A stretch of DNA of 64,000 bases, from the NCBI GenBank assembly GCA_051294375.1, contig JBJCIZ010000239.1, positions 3,298,523 to 3,362,522 on the forward strand. The letters are read 5' to 3'. The stretch comes from Paraspadella gotoi (Eukaryota; Animalia; Chaetognatha). This document shows, in pieces, positions 39,501 to 55,387 of this stretch (the first letter of the stretch is position 1; every line of letters begins with the position of its first letter). The notes beneath the pieces were generated by a model. The model was not told where the DNA came from, made no database searches, and was given only the letters and a program-made list of their open reading frames with translations. Both the position numbers and the translations under genes were made by a program.

Positions 39501-41773
39501 AAATTGTTAGTAAAAGTTGTTATGTTATAAGGTTATGTAAGATGTTAAACGAAACTGTATAACCCGTGCAGAGCAAATTAAAAACTGAGTCTAGATCTCT
39601 TTCAACCCTATCTATAAGTATAAATCCTCTCGATCCCTGCCACCTTTCTCTCAATGTCTTTCGCTCTCATCGATTCAGAAATCATTCGCAACGCGCACGA
39701 TTTTAGGGGGAAAAAAATGATGAAAAGAATCCTATTACATTAGAAAGGGGGCGAGTGATGGAGAAACATTTGGAGAAAAGCTACCGTGAAAAAAAACTAA
39801 CGTTAAAATATTAAAAAAGAATGGGGAGGTCTCAAAAAATGGGGGGGAAATATAGATTACGACTGAGTATAAAGGTTTAAATTTTGAAACAATTTTCACT
39901 CAATATTTAAACAAATAATTTTCATTTCTTTTCGTTATGTTTAGGAATTTTAATAATAGCAGTTTTTGTGTTTCAATAACGAATTTATTGAAAATTTATT
40001 GATGGACATGTTTCGATTCTTATTTTAGAGTCTTCATCTGCGTTATTGAAACACAAAAACTGTTATTCCTAAAACAAATAAATATACATTTTTAACCATT
40101 GACACAATACGTATTGTCCGCGTAATATAAGTGGTAAGATAAAATCAGGCCAAACCTCACGAATTTTTCAAACTGGTGAATAATACTAACTTACTAAGGA
40201 ATTAATCCAACATAGCTCGTCTAGAGTTAAATGCAAGACAGCTTTATTCCGTATCTCCGCTTCAACCATTAGCCAGTCTACAGTCACAACATGAACAAAA
40301 ATCATTTTTTATTTTTTTTCATTTTCGCATACGCCCATATTTATAAATAGTATTCACCATAGAAAATGTTAAAATTTTAAAATGTTTTTTTATTATTTTT
40401 GATTGAATTGCTCACGAAAAGTTGATAAAAGGTAATTTCATTCTTTTAGAAAAATATTCATAAAGTGGGTCAAAATCCTAAAAAACTTATAGTTAACCAA
40501 TTTAATTTTAGTATAAAAATATAGTTTTTTTAATTTTTGATTATTTTCTTTTAACAAATTTTTATGAGGAATTCGAATCTGCTTTCAAAACTAAAAAAAA
40601 ATATTTTAAAATGTTGACATTTTCGATGGTAAGTACTATGTATAAATATGGGCGTATGCGAAAATTGAGAAACTAAATTTTTTTTTTATATATCAATGTT
40701 CCTCAGTACAAGACTGTTCACGAACAACTATTCGAATTTTGATCGGCAACTTTCACTACGCCTCATTCTCTAATGACCCCTGAAACTGACCTCAACATCG
40801 TCGCCTTCTTGGAGATCATCGACGGCCCGTTCGGCGTCACCGGGAGGGAATCGAACGCAATTGAGAGGAACGCGTCGATCGTTGGACCAACTGTAACAAA
40901 AAAAAAAGACAAGTCCGCGTCAGGGTATTCATATCCGCAAAAAAACTTGATAAATTTGTATAATTGTCTAACCTGCGCGGAACGGCGTCGTTCTCGAAGG
41001 TGACGACGCATTCTTCGGGAAAGATGTCCTTTAACGTCGCCTGTAAAAAGTAATGAAGCAAATTATTATGGAAATGCAATTATTAGACATTAATACATTT
41101 TAACAGAATATTCATGCGCTAGAACTAGCTATTTAGTAGTTTGGTTCCGTTTAGGTCATCAGTTGGTACGACATCCGCGCACAGCAAAAACTTCTAGGCT
41201 TTTATTTCAAAATTCTTCACATGGCTCGTTCAGCAAATTGCAGATATTTTGGTTTGTTAATCATTACGCTTCAATTTTTTCGTTGCGATTGATCACATAA
41301 TTTTTCATATCATACCCATGGTCCTTTTTTAAAATTTAACCACAAAGCACAATGGATGAAAATATGATGCGCTTTGGAGTTATGGTTAAATTTTACTTTC
41401 GCCGACCGCGGTTTTGGCGGCTTTTAAAAAACTATTTAAAAAAAATGTAAACAAATATTACTTAATTACCTTAATCCTAAACCCTCTTAACCCTAAACCC
41501 TAACTACCCTTAACCCTAAACCACCATAACCCTAAACCACCATAACCCTAACCCCGGTCGGCGAAAGTAAAAGTAACCCAAAAAGGAACTTAACCTTCCA
41601 TAATTCCCGCGCACCCCGTTTCAAAACTCGTTGTCTACGATAAAAAAAACATGGCCAACGTTATCAAGTTTTGTCACACGTTAAAAAACGACGGGAACAT
41701 TCATCTCGGAGTCCAAACTTACTGCGTAGTAGGCGGAGTCGTCGGCGCAGACTTCGACCACCAAATCGGCCAT
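27532..41773 (-). CDS. FMR1: Fragile X protein family (FMR1/FXR) RNA-binding protein: Agenet/Tudor x2, KH0, KH1, KH2, several RGG regions
   Basis: Exons: 41723-41773 ([17 protein letters not shown]), 40973-41040, 40791-40890 (VRFPP), 37932-38086 ([19 protein letters not shown]), about 37766-37843, 37576-37672, 37389-37505 ([10 protein letters not shown]), 36454-36627 ([14 protein letters not shown]), 34812-34887, 32661-32776 ([25 protein letters not shown]), about 32497-32581 ([10 protein letters not shown]), then RGG exons. The last exon ends VNGVS*. Exons below about 35 kb contain indels. Confidence 0.95.
38830..38915. repeat. Degenerate minisatellite, about 18-20-nt unit cataatttggtcaactga
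   Basis: Four to five imperfect tandem copies are visible. Confidence 0.6.
39261..39411. mobile_element. Helentron/HINE (DINE-1-like) element end
   Basis: (GGAC)n microsatellite at 39261-39276, then aaagtgaattatag and the hairpin AGTCGGA-9 nt-TCCGACT (39380-39402) abutting an A run. Confidence 0.5.
39909..40081 (-). mobile_element. Penelope-like insertion with inverted repeat and hammerhead-like core, in an FMR1 intron
   Basis: 10-bp TSD AAACAAATAA (39909-39918, 40072-40081). 27-bp inverted repeat with one mismatch (39955-39981 / 40041-40067). Confidence 0.7.
40005..40040 (-). ncRNA. Minimal hammerhead ribozyme-like motif (mutated core)
   Basis: Minus strand reads CAGATGA-A-GACTC-taaaataa-GAATC-GAAAC-AT-GTC, followed by AATAAA. 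Confidence 0.55.
40314..40672. mobile_element. Fold-back MITE-like element with imperfect TIRs of about 75 bp or more
   Basis: ttttcgcatacgcccatatttata...accatagaaaatgttaaaattttaaaat pairs with attttaaaatgttgacattttcgatggt...tataaatatgggcgtatgcgaaaa. Confidence 0.75.
41384..41578. mobile_element. MITE-like element with internal telomere-like repeats (FMR1 intron 1)
   Basis: TIR ggttaaattttactttcgccgaccgcggtt / aaccccggtcggcgaaagtaaaagtaacc, with an internal array of CCCTAA/CCCTAAA variants. Confidence 0.8.
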
Positions 41774-42556
41774 TATTTTCCCCCCGAATATGAAAAGTTT
41801 GTTTCCTGGTTTATTCCCCCCTAAAAAACCGAAATCGGTTTCGGTCCTTGTGTTTTTTTTTCCGGGGATTACAAAACGCGGGGGCGGTTTTGTTTTGTTT
41901 TTTCGCGAAGGTAATTCTGAGAATTTTGGGTTGGATATCAGGATATCATGTCGCTGAGAAATAATAAGTTTTCAGTTTTATTCGTTGGGTAGTCGACGAG
42001 GGGTAGAAGAGCGGGAAGTATCACAGAAAGAATGGAGTCACGTTTTTTTTTCTCTCTTCGAAAAAAGTAGTTGGTTCAAAACGAATTTTTCAGGCAGCGT
42101 TCAGTCCATGGTGAGGCTGAGCGAGGGAAGCGAGGCAAAAAAAAAAAAGCAGATCTCATCTGTTCTGTTCTTCAAAGGGGCGCCTGATTCGAGGAGAGAA
42201 TCGGCAGAGGGCGACTCGAGCCAAGAGGAAAAGGGGCACGGTTGAGTTGAGTTGAGTTGAATTGACTTGACAAGGGTGTGGAGGCGAAGCGGCCCAAACA
42301 AAAGGCACACGATTTTCCCTCTAATATTCAGTTTTAACACATTCGCGTCATTGATTCGTTCATTAATGCTAGGAAAAAAAATTAAAATTAAATTAAAAAT
42401 TATAGAATCGGAGAAAAAAAAATCAGTAAACATGATACATAACTTTCCCCCCATCTTGCACCGACAAGCTTAGGAGAAAAGTCATCGTTCGTCCCGATAT
42501 TTCCAAAAAAACAAAGTCGGCCTTCCCCTCGCCAAAACTTCTTCCCCTCCAACGCA

Positions 42557-45500
42557 TCAAAATTCGGCGCCCCTTCTCCTCTTGTTCCGCCACTCTTTGA
42601 AGTCCTTGTAGAGTCTGTCCGAGGCGAGATAAAGCAGCATAACGCCGACGAGGATGCAGAGGCGACGTGCCACGTTGTATCCGTGCCTTTCGTCCTCGAG
42701 CTGCGCCATGACGGCATCCACGTCTCCGGTCAACAGGAAGCGATGGCGCGGAGTCGTCGGTCGCCCCACCGTCACCTCCTTTCGGGCCGCGTCCCAGGTC
42801 AGACGCCCGAAAGCGGTCACGGGCGCGCCGCAACGGATGATGCGCTCGGCGACGAGGGTGCCTTCTCGGAATTTTATCCTTAGGGAGAGGGAAAGACGTT
42901 TCAAAATACAATTGGATACCTGATAACTTAACTAGCTTAAAATACATCTACCAACAGCAATTAAAATAGTATGGTGGACTAAAATCCACCAACCGTTCAT
43001 CAGCGGCCATTGGTGCCGGAGGCAAGTCATTCACCTCCCAACCCAAAGGTCCGGGGTTCTAGCCCGGTGGTCGCCTCGCAGTTAAAAGGGACGGGGCGCT
43101 TAACCCGCCTGTAACACGGTGTTACAGCCTGATCCGAAGCTCAGGGACTGCTTATATTGAACGGTTCTGTCACTAACACAACAATATATGGTTCCAAATG
43201 GAACCGGGATTCTTCATGGTTCATTCCCACTAACAAGTTTGCCGAGCAGATGCTCACTTGTTGGTGGGGAAGAACTACATGATGGAATTATTACTGTCTC
43301 TTCAATAGAAATATTTGATTTTTTTTTTTAATCTCAAAGCGATCAACAGATGAGCCTATCACGCCTGTCAAGATCATAAGCAAAATTAAATGCGTTACTC
43401 TAAAATCGACCCAGATACTTGCAATGAAACTAACTTTTTTTAAATTCATTTAATTAATTAATAAAGATTAAGTATATATTTTAGGCCCAAATTATTCTGA
43501 AATCATGACAGTTTTTGTTTCTGGTATCAATCTAACGAAAACTCCAACCAGACACTTTTTCAGACTGAGAGCAGATTTATTACATTACCGGTGAGTGAGA
43601 AGGAGAGAGACAGAGACGGTACTTGATCGAGCGAAATGATGAAATTTGGCGTCGCTCTTCGTTCGCGGTGGAATCTCGATCGGCCTTAGGGCCGTGGAAG
43701 TCTAGGCGCTGTCTGAATAAAAATCATTGCGGTTATAAAATGAAATATATTATTATAAAAAAACGTAAGTTATTCGTTTTCAGGCGAAAGCAAAGACACC
43801 GTCTCCAACTCTGCCTTTGTCGAACGCGTCAAGAAGCGTGGGTTCGAAGTCATCTACATGGTTGAGCCCATCGACGAATACGTCGTCCAACAGGCGAGAA
43901 ATATTAAATGGATTAATTTATATACGACTACATTTTGTTTTTAAACTAACGATCGGACTCCCTCTTCTCAGCTGAAAGAGTACGACGGAAAGACCCTCGT
44001 CTCCGTGACCAAGGAAGGTCTCGAACTTCCCGAGGACGAGGACGAGAAGAAGCGTCGCGAAGAGCTCAAGGCTCAGTTCGAGGGTCTCTGCAAGGTCATC
44101 AAGGACATCCTCGACAAGAAGGTGGAGAAGGTCATCGTCTCCAACCGACTCGTCTCTTCGCCCTGCTGCATCGTCACTTCCCAGTACGGCTGGACTGCCA
44201 ACATGGAGCGCATCATGAAGGCTCAGGCTTTGAGAGACACATCTACTCTCGGATACATGGCGGCTAAGAAACAGGTGGGTCGTTTGACTGGCGGAATGGG
44301 GGGGAAAATAATATTAGATCGCAGTATTACTTACGCCTTTTTCTATTCCCCACTTATCAGCTGGAGATCAATCCCGAGCACCCGATCATGGAGACGCTCC
44401 GCAAAAAGGCCGACGCTGACAAGAACGACAATCTGTCAAAGATCTCGTTATGCTCCTCTACGAAACCTCTCTGCTGGCGTCTGCTTCGGCCTGGAAGATC
44501 CCCAAGTCCACGCCGTCGTATTTACCGCATGGTCAAGCTGGGTCTCGGTCTCGACGAAGATTGCGAACCCGAAGTCTGCGAGAGCGCCCCGAGGAAGAGA
44601 TGCCACCTCTGGAGGGCGACCAAGACGACGCCTCCAGGATGGAGGAGGTTGACTAAGCGTTCCCGCAATCTCTCTCTCTCTCTCTCCAAAGACTCGTGTT
44701 TTTAAATCTCGCAGAGAAATCCGTTCTTTTTTTTGAAGCTGTTACGTGCCCCTTGTACCGTAGCCATGTTACTTTCACCGATCGTCCGTTTTACAACAAA
44801 ACGAATTTATTCATTGATATATAAAAATCATAATGCCATATTTTTTTTTCTTCGTCTCAACTTTTGCAACAGTGGCTAAAGCAAAATATGTTTTAAATAT
44901 CTTGTGGCAAAGCGGGCTCTTTTTACCCCTTTTTTTGCCCCCGTTGTTAGCAGAAATTATGCGGTTTTATTTATTCCCCTCATTTAGAAAGTTTACATAC
45001 TATTTGTCAAACAATTTAGTATTCGAGTTTTTTATGGATAAAAAAATTTTTGTTTACCTCCAGCGAACGAGTTCCATGATTCCATTTTGTAAAATTGGCA
45101 TAAAGAGAACCAATTCTTTGATAGCGAGTTTTCCGCTGTTTGGTAGATTCTTGTCGAATTCGTTCACTTATGCCCGTCTTATGTCAGATTATTTAGATTT
45201 GTTAATGTGATAATAAACTAAATTCATTCCAGTCATCCGGACGTTTTATTTTTTTTTACTCTTTCTCTGAACGAGCGGAAAAGCTGTTACCCCAAGTTTT
45301 GAAGATTCTTAGTCAGTGGAAGATTCTCTTGGAACTAAAGTTAGTTAATTAGTTTCAGCAGTATTAAATTGAAACCTCGACCTTGCGCTTTTTAATTGGC
45401 TAGTTTTTAAAAAATCAGTATAGTATTTCACCGTTACTCATAAGTTAAATAAAACTATGCGTTACCTAATCTTAATAGCACCTGCATGCAGACAAAATTA

Positions 45501-48500
45501 TACGAAATCTGGCCATTTCTCAGGGTGTACACTTTAGATTAAAATTTCAAGATTTTGAATACTAACTTGAAAATAATTCCTTTCGGTAGTTTTTGTCCGG
45601 TTGCTTTCAATTTCGCCGACCGGGGTTAGGGTTAAGAGGGGTCGGGTAATTAAATATTTTTTTTAAAAATAAATATTTTTAAGTGGTTTTTCAAAAGCGG
45701 CCAAAACCGCGGTCGGCGATAGTAAAATTTAGCCTTTGTCTTTATAAGCGAGTAAAGTAAAGCGAGCAGTTTTAAAACTTGCCTTAAAACGACTATCCTA
45801 AATGGTTTTCATTGACGGAACGTTACTACAAATTGCTTAATTCTAGATCCTTGATAATATGCAAAATTCGGTTAATCCGAAATCCTTGATTTGATGTTTC
45901 TTTGTTCTTTTTCCGCTCGGAAAGGTCCGGTCCTTTTTTTTTAGAAAAAATAAAATGGAAATCTAACCGAAATAAGAGTCGCTCGACGGCCCAGCATCTC
46001 GTCAACATCATTTTTCATTTAAATTCAAAAAGACCGAAAAGATAAGAAAAAAATGTCCGAGTACTTGAGCTTTGCTCTCGACATCGGCGCCTATTTCCTT
46101 TTCTCCCATTTGGAGGCGCGCTTGAAGGACAACCTCTACGAGATTCGCGACGGCCTCCCTTCCTTTCAATCATTCTCCGATGCCAAAGAAGCGCTCCTGA
46201 AAGCCGAAGACCACGAGATCCCGTATGCTCAAGTATCGGGCAAGCTGGAGCCAGTCGGGCAGCCCCTCAACACCATGGGCCGAGAGGAAAAGGCCGTGCT
46301 TAAGGCGAGTAGAAATTCTCTAATATTTTCTTGTGGCCTAAAAATAATGCCAACCTATTTAACGATGTTTGTAATCATTAAGCCAATCATATAAGTAAGT
46401 GGATCCGTATTCGTCATGCCCTCCTGCCCAAACGCCACCTTAGGTGACGGAAAAGTTTTCGGCTTACCGCGTCCGCGATCCAACAACGCCGCCAAGTCCG
46501 AGACCTTTTCCCGGGATCGCCTCGGCTCCCGCGTGGAGAACGTCCCATGTGTCCTCGCTCTAATCGAGATGCCCGCTATGCCAACGACGCCAAGCTCTGG
46601 AAAATGCAACGCTACGGCAAAGTCGTCCAGGTGGCCGACATGAACAGCGTCGGCAACAACCTGGCCGACGAGGCCGTCCTCGTTTCCAAAAAATTTGAGC
46701 CCAAGGAGCAATGCTTGACGAGCTACGAGTTGTCAAAGTGAGGAAGGAGGAAACAGTTGTTACAAGAGAATATTTAAATAATAGTTCTCTTTAAGATTTA
46801 TTTTTTTTAAATAGTATGGGATTAGGTAGTACAATAGATATCCAACGAAACTTAACTTTTTTAAAAATCACTACTCGCATTGTAAAAAAAAATGTTATTG
46901 CAGAAAGAGATAAGCTATTACGGATAGGCTTTTATTGTTACTATGGTGCAGCCTTCGGCTTGGACGAGATGGCAAAGTAGTTACTTTGCTTCTTAAATAA
47001 ACTTAGACTCGAGTGAGCTCGAAAATGTGGCTAAATGAAAAATTGTATAAAGTCTCACCGTGGACTATTTTAAACAGAAATGTTGTTTTTCTTACTTCTG
47101 GGCAGGTTTTTCTCAACATGTAGGGCAACAGGGTATTCAACAAAAAGGGGATAGTTTGGAGTTTAATATAATCTTTAGCATTGAGGCTTTTCCTTAAAAA
47201 AAAATTCTGGATGTCGCAGGAAGTATTCAATGCTTTCGGCATGTCCTACTGAATAAACTGGATAATACACATCTACATTGGCCTACTTATTACTATCCAA
47301 TGACTAATCATTTCGAGACTGAAAACAAGGAATTAAAAATATTCTGTTCGATTTTTTTGAAACTCAACTTCCTTTCTAGTGATAACGAGATGAACCAACA
47401 GAACACTTGAGTGGAAAGGTCGTCTTTCTCTTAGTCCACAGCATCATCAAACTCGAGAGTATATCCAGAATGTGACGGCTCACTTTAACTAAAAACTGCG
47501 CCATGATNNNNNNNNNNNNNNNNNNNNNNNNNAGGCGCGATCCGGGCCTCATAAGAAATAATTAAATAATCGAAAAACCAGGAAAAAATAGAATTCTGAT
47601 GTGTGATTAAAAAATACTATTAATTATTGATAGAATATTAAAGAGAAAAAGATAAGAGAGCAAAAAGATAGGGACCGGAAAGTGTTTTGGTGAGATTTTT
47701 ATTTTTTCAATTTCCCAAAAAAACATTTTTTAAAAAAATTACTGTATTAAAAAACATATTGAAAAGATAAGACTTGATCTTTGGAAAACAAAATGCAAAA
47801 AACATAATTCTTAACTATAATGCAAAAAATAATATTTTAAATTACAATTATCTAGTATCATTTTTAAAGTTTACATTTGTTTGTACCACAGTTATCAAGA
47901 AAACAAAATTTCGCGTGGGTAAAACCTTTAAGGTAACCTATGATGCTGAAGCCTTTGCTTAACCTTTATCACCATCTTTTTTAAACCTCTTAAAATGATC
48001 ATAGTCGAGCGCTGTTCTCCCTCCATGATGCTCATCAGTCGGCTTGTCGATACTGCGAGATGTAAAACAATCCTGTATGAGGAGCATAGATATGTCGATA
48101 ATTTTTTTTACAATGAGAAGAAGATAGTATTTACTGATATGTATCATCAGATAAAATGACATCTATTGAGCTATAAGATTGGGATAGTATAATCTCTTTC
48201 CCTATCATGTTAAGAATCTATATATGTTATCTCGACTCTGGTATATTCCATGTTAGATAGATTTGTCTCATAATTTTCATTTATTGTTTAATTAAATATT
48301 CGTTATATTTTGACAAATAATTTTTCAAAGTAGAAATCCGAATCGCCGATCTAAAGCTTAGAACTACGCGTAGTTAAATTTTAAGCGAAAGTTGATCGAT
48401 TTGAAGCACGATTTTCGCGACCGTTTTATTGCCATAACTTTTGAACGGATTATCAGATTTTGATGAAATTTTGCATGTAGATACTATTTTAAATTTCCTA

Positions 48501-49882
48501 TCGATTGGTGCCCAATTCATTGAAAAATACTTAATGGTTTAGAAACGATGCACATCCCCACTAGAAAGGAAGTTGAGTTTCAAAAAAATCGAACAGAATA
48601 TTTTTGAATTCCTTGTTTTCAGTCTCGAAATGATTAGTCATTGGATAGTAATAAGTAGGCCAATGTAGAGTGTATTATCCAGTTTATTCAGTAGGACATG
48701 CCGAAAGCATTTGAATACTTCCTGCGACATCCAGAATTTTTTTTTAAGGAAAAGCCTCAAATGCTAAAGATTATATTAAACTCCAAACTATCCCCTTTTT
48801 GTTGAATACCCTGTTGCCCTACATGTTGAGAAAAACCTGCCCAGAAGTAAGAAAAACAACATTTCTGTTTAAAATAGTCCACGGTGAGACTTTATACAAT
48901 TTTTCATTTAGCCACTCGAGTCTAAGTTTATTTAAGAAGCAAAGTAACTACTTTGCCATCTCGTCCAAGCCGAAGGCTGCACCATAGTAACAATAAAAGC
49001 GCTATCCGTAATAGCTTATCTCTTTCTGCAATAACATTTTTTTTTACAATGCGAGTAGTGATTTTTAAAAAAGTTAAGTTTCGTTGGATATCTATTGTAC
49101 TACCTAATCCCATACTATTTAAAAAAAATAAATCTTAAAGAGATAACTATTATTTAAATATTCTCCTTGTAACAAACTGTTTCCTCCTTCCTCACTTTGA
49201 CAACTCGTAGCTCGTCAAGCATTGCTCCTTGGGCTCAAATTTTTTGGAAACGAGGACGGCCTCGTCGGCCAGGTTGTTGCCGACGCTGTTCATGTCGGCC
49301 ACCTGGACGACTTTGCCGTAGCGTTGCATTTTCCAGAGCTTGGCGTCGTTGGCATAGCGGGCATCTCGATTAAGAGCGAGGACACATGGGACGTTCTCCA
49401 CGCGGGAGCCGAGGCGATCCCGGGAAAAGGTCTCGGACTTGGCGGCGTTGTTTGGATCGCGGACGCGGTAAGCCGAAAACTTTTCCGTCACCTAAGGTGG
49501 CGTTTGGGCAGGAGGGCATGACGAATACGGATCCACTTACTTATATGATTGGCTTAATGATTACAAACATCGTTAAATAGGTTGGCATTATTTTTAGGCC
49601 ACAAGAAAATATTAGAGAATTTCTACTCGCCTTAAGCACGGCCTTTTCCTCTCGGCCCATGGTGTTGAGGGGCTGCCCGACTGGCTCCAGCTTGCCCGAT
49701 ACTTGAGCATACGGGATCTCGTGGTCTTCGGCTTTCAGGAGCGCTTCTTTGGCATCGGAGAATGATTGAAAGGAAGGGAGGCCGTCGCGAATCTCGTAGA
49801 GGTTGTCCTTCAAGCGCGCCTCCAAATGGGAGAAAAGGAAATAGGCGCCGATGTCGAGAGCAAAGCTCAAGTACTCGGACAT
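42557..49882 (-). CDS. MUL1/MAPL-like mitochondrial outer-membrane GIDE-domain protein, 289 aa, no RING finger seen
   Basis: Three phase-compatible exons: 49631-49882, 49196-49491, 42557-42878. Motifs [24 protein letters not shown] and [16 protein letters not shown] parallel MUL1 VPYAVIEG, NTVPFDL, VYEKFHP and EEMLKVGATLTGVGEL. Hydrophobic segments lie near both ends. Confidence 0.75.
43003..43075 (+). mobile_element. tRNA(Gly)-derived SINE head or tRNA pseudogene
   Basis: Acceptor stem GCGGCCA/TGGTCGC, A box TGGTGCCGGAGG, B box GGTTCTAGCCC within a CCGGG/CCCGG stem, and a CCC anticodon loop with an unpaired anticodon stem. Confidence 0.65.
43571..44656 (+). pseudogene. Partial, frameshifted copy of the HSP90 3' exons
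   Basis: Starts mid-exon (QIYYITG) and ends MEEVD*. The last exon has single-base deletions relative to 51308-51607. Confidence 0.8.
43636..43716 (+). ncRNA. U14-like box C/D snoRNA (duplicate of 52258-52338)
   Basis: ATGATGA...CGTTCGCGGTGGAATCTCGAT...GCTGTCTGA. Confidence 0.6.
45598..45734. mobile_element. MITE-like element of the telomere-repeat family (copy in the inverted duplicate)
   Basis: tttcgccgaccggggttagggttaag...ccgcggtcggcgatagtaaaatttagcc. Confidence 0.7.
46053..46737 (+). pseudogene. Duplicate of MUL1-like exons 1-2 (frameshifts in exon 2, no exon 3 downstream)
   Basis: Exon 1 peptide is identical. Exon 2 has single-base deletions relative to 49196-49491. Confidence 0.75.
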
Positions 49883-50224
49883 TTTTTCTTATCTTTTCGG
49901 TCTTTTTTGAATTTAAAATGAAAAATGATGTTGACGAGATGCTGGGCCGTCGAGCGACTCTTATTTCGGTTAGATTTCCATTTTATTTTTTCTAAAAAAA
50001 AAGGACCGGACCTTTCCGAGCGGAAAAAGAACAAAGAAACATCAAATCAAGGATTTCGGATTAAACCCGCAATTCTAAACCGTCTTCTGAATTTTGATAT
50101 TATCAAGGATCTAGAATTAAGCAATTTGTAGTAACGTTCCGTCAATGAAAACCATTTAGGATAGTCTAGTTTTAAAGGCAAGTTTAAAACTGCTCGCTTT
50201 ACTTTACTCGCTTATAAAGACAAA

Positions 50225-50360
50225 GGCTAAATTTTACTATCGCCGACCGCGGTTTTGGCCGCTTTTGAAAAACCACTTAAAAATATTTATTTTTTTAAAA
50301 AAATATTTAATTACCCGACCCTCTTAACCCTAACCCCGGTCGGCGAAATTGAAAGCAACC
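50225..50360. mobile_element. MITE-like element of the telomere-repeat family
   Basis: ggctaaattttactatcgccgaccgcgg...taaccctaaccccggtcggcgaaattgaaagcaacc. Confidence 0.7.
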
Positions 50361-51307
50361 GACAAAAACTACCGAAAGGAATTATTTCTCAAGTTAGTAT
50401 TCAAAATCTTGAAATTTAATCTAAAAGTGTACACCCTGAGAAATGGCCAGATTTCGTATAATTTTGTCTGCATGCAGGTGCTATTAAGATTAGGTAACGG
50501 ATAGTTATTATTTAACTTATGTAGTAACGGTGAAATACTATACTGATTTTTTAAAAACTAGCCAATTAAAAAGCGCAAGGTCGAGGTTTCACATTTAATA
50601 CTGCTGAAACTAATTAACTAACTTTAGTTCCAAGAGAATCTTCCACTGACTAAGAATCTTCAAAACTTGGGGTAACAGCTTTTCCGCTCGTTCAGAGAAA
50701 GAGTAAAAAAAAATAAAACGTCCGGATGACTGGAATGAATTTAGTTTATTATCACATTAACAAATCTAAATAATCTGACATAAGACGGGCATAAGTGAAC
50801 GAATTCGACAAGAATCTACCAAACAGCGGAAAACTCGCTATCAAAGAATTGGTTCTCTTTATGCCAATTTTACAAAATGGAATCATGGAACTCGTTCGCT
50901 GGAGGTAAACAAAAAAAATTTTTTATCCCATAAAAAACTCGAATACTAAATTGTTTGACAAATAGTATGTAAACTTTCTAAATGAGGGGAATAAATAAAA
51001 CCGCATAATTTCTGCTAACAACGGGGGCAAAAAAAGGGGTAAAAAGAGCCCGCTTTGCCACAAGATATTTAAAACATATTTTGCTTTAGCCACTGTTGCA
51101 AAAGTTGAGACGAAGAAAAAAAATATGGCATTATGATTTTTATATATCAATGAATAAATTCGTTTTGTTGTAAAACGGACGATCGGTGAAAGTAACATGG
51201 CTACGGTACAAGGGGCACGTAACAGCTTCAAAAAAAAGAACGGATTTCTCTGCGAGATTTAAAAACACGAGTCTTTGGAGAGAGAGAGAGAGAGATTGCG
51301 GGAACGC

Positions 51308-55023
<3,716 letters not shown>

Positions 55024-55318
55024 TTACTTTCAAATATTGAAATGGAACACGCGATACTTACTTTGATGATCGTCGCTGTGTGACTTGACGCCGATTAAAT
55101 AACACGCAAATTGGGAATGTATATTTCGGATAAAAAGTGAATTGAATACCAGCGAGATTTTCTGTTGGTAAAAAGGTAATGGTAAACGATTGAAAATAAG
55201 GTATCGATCTTCAATAAACGAGAAAAGCAGATTTATTTATCGTGCAAAGAAGGAAATTCGAAAAAAAGAAATCGAGCGATTCGGTGTCGGGTTATGCGTC
55301 GCCAAGGAGCGTCTCGCT

Positions 55319-55387
55319 TTTTAAACGAGGGAAGAGAAAGAATGAGAAAATTCGCGAAGTCGCGAAAAGCGGAGAACATTCTAGAAC
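55319..55387 (-). promoter_or_regulatory. HSP90 promoter: heat shock elements and TATA-like box
   Basis: Perfect nGAAnnTTCnnGAAn (GAACATTCTAGAA, 55374-55386), an adjacent GAAAATTCGCGAA, and TTTAAAAA on the minus strand. A second HSE, TTCTCGAACATTC, lies at about 55613-55625, with several CCAAT boxes nearby. Confidence 0.8.

Larger units (their letters stand above)
43571..47381 (+). repeat. 3.8-kb inverted duplicate of about 48559-52404
   Basis: Near-identical reverse complement apart from small deletions. The spacer contains a 25-N gap (47508-47532). Confidence 0.9.

Noticed and set aside
43003-43075. Functional tRNA-Gly(CCC)
   Set aside because: The anticodon and D stems do not pair and there is no poly-T terminator, so it is treated as a SINE head or pseudogene.
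47995-48045. CTGATGAG on the minus strand as another hammerhead
   Set aside because: No GAAA follows a closed stem II.
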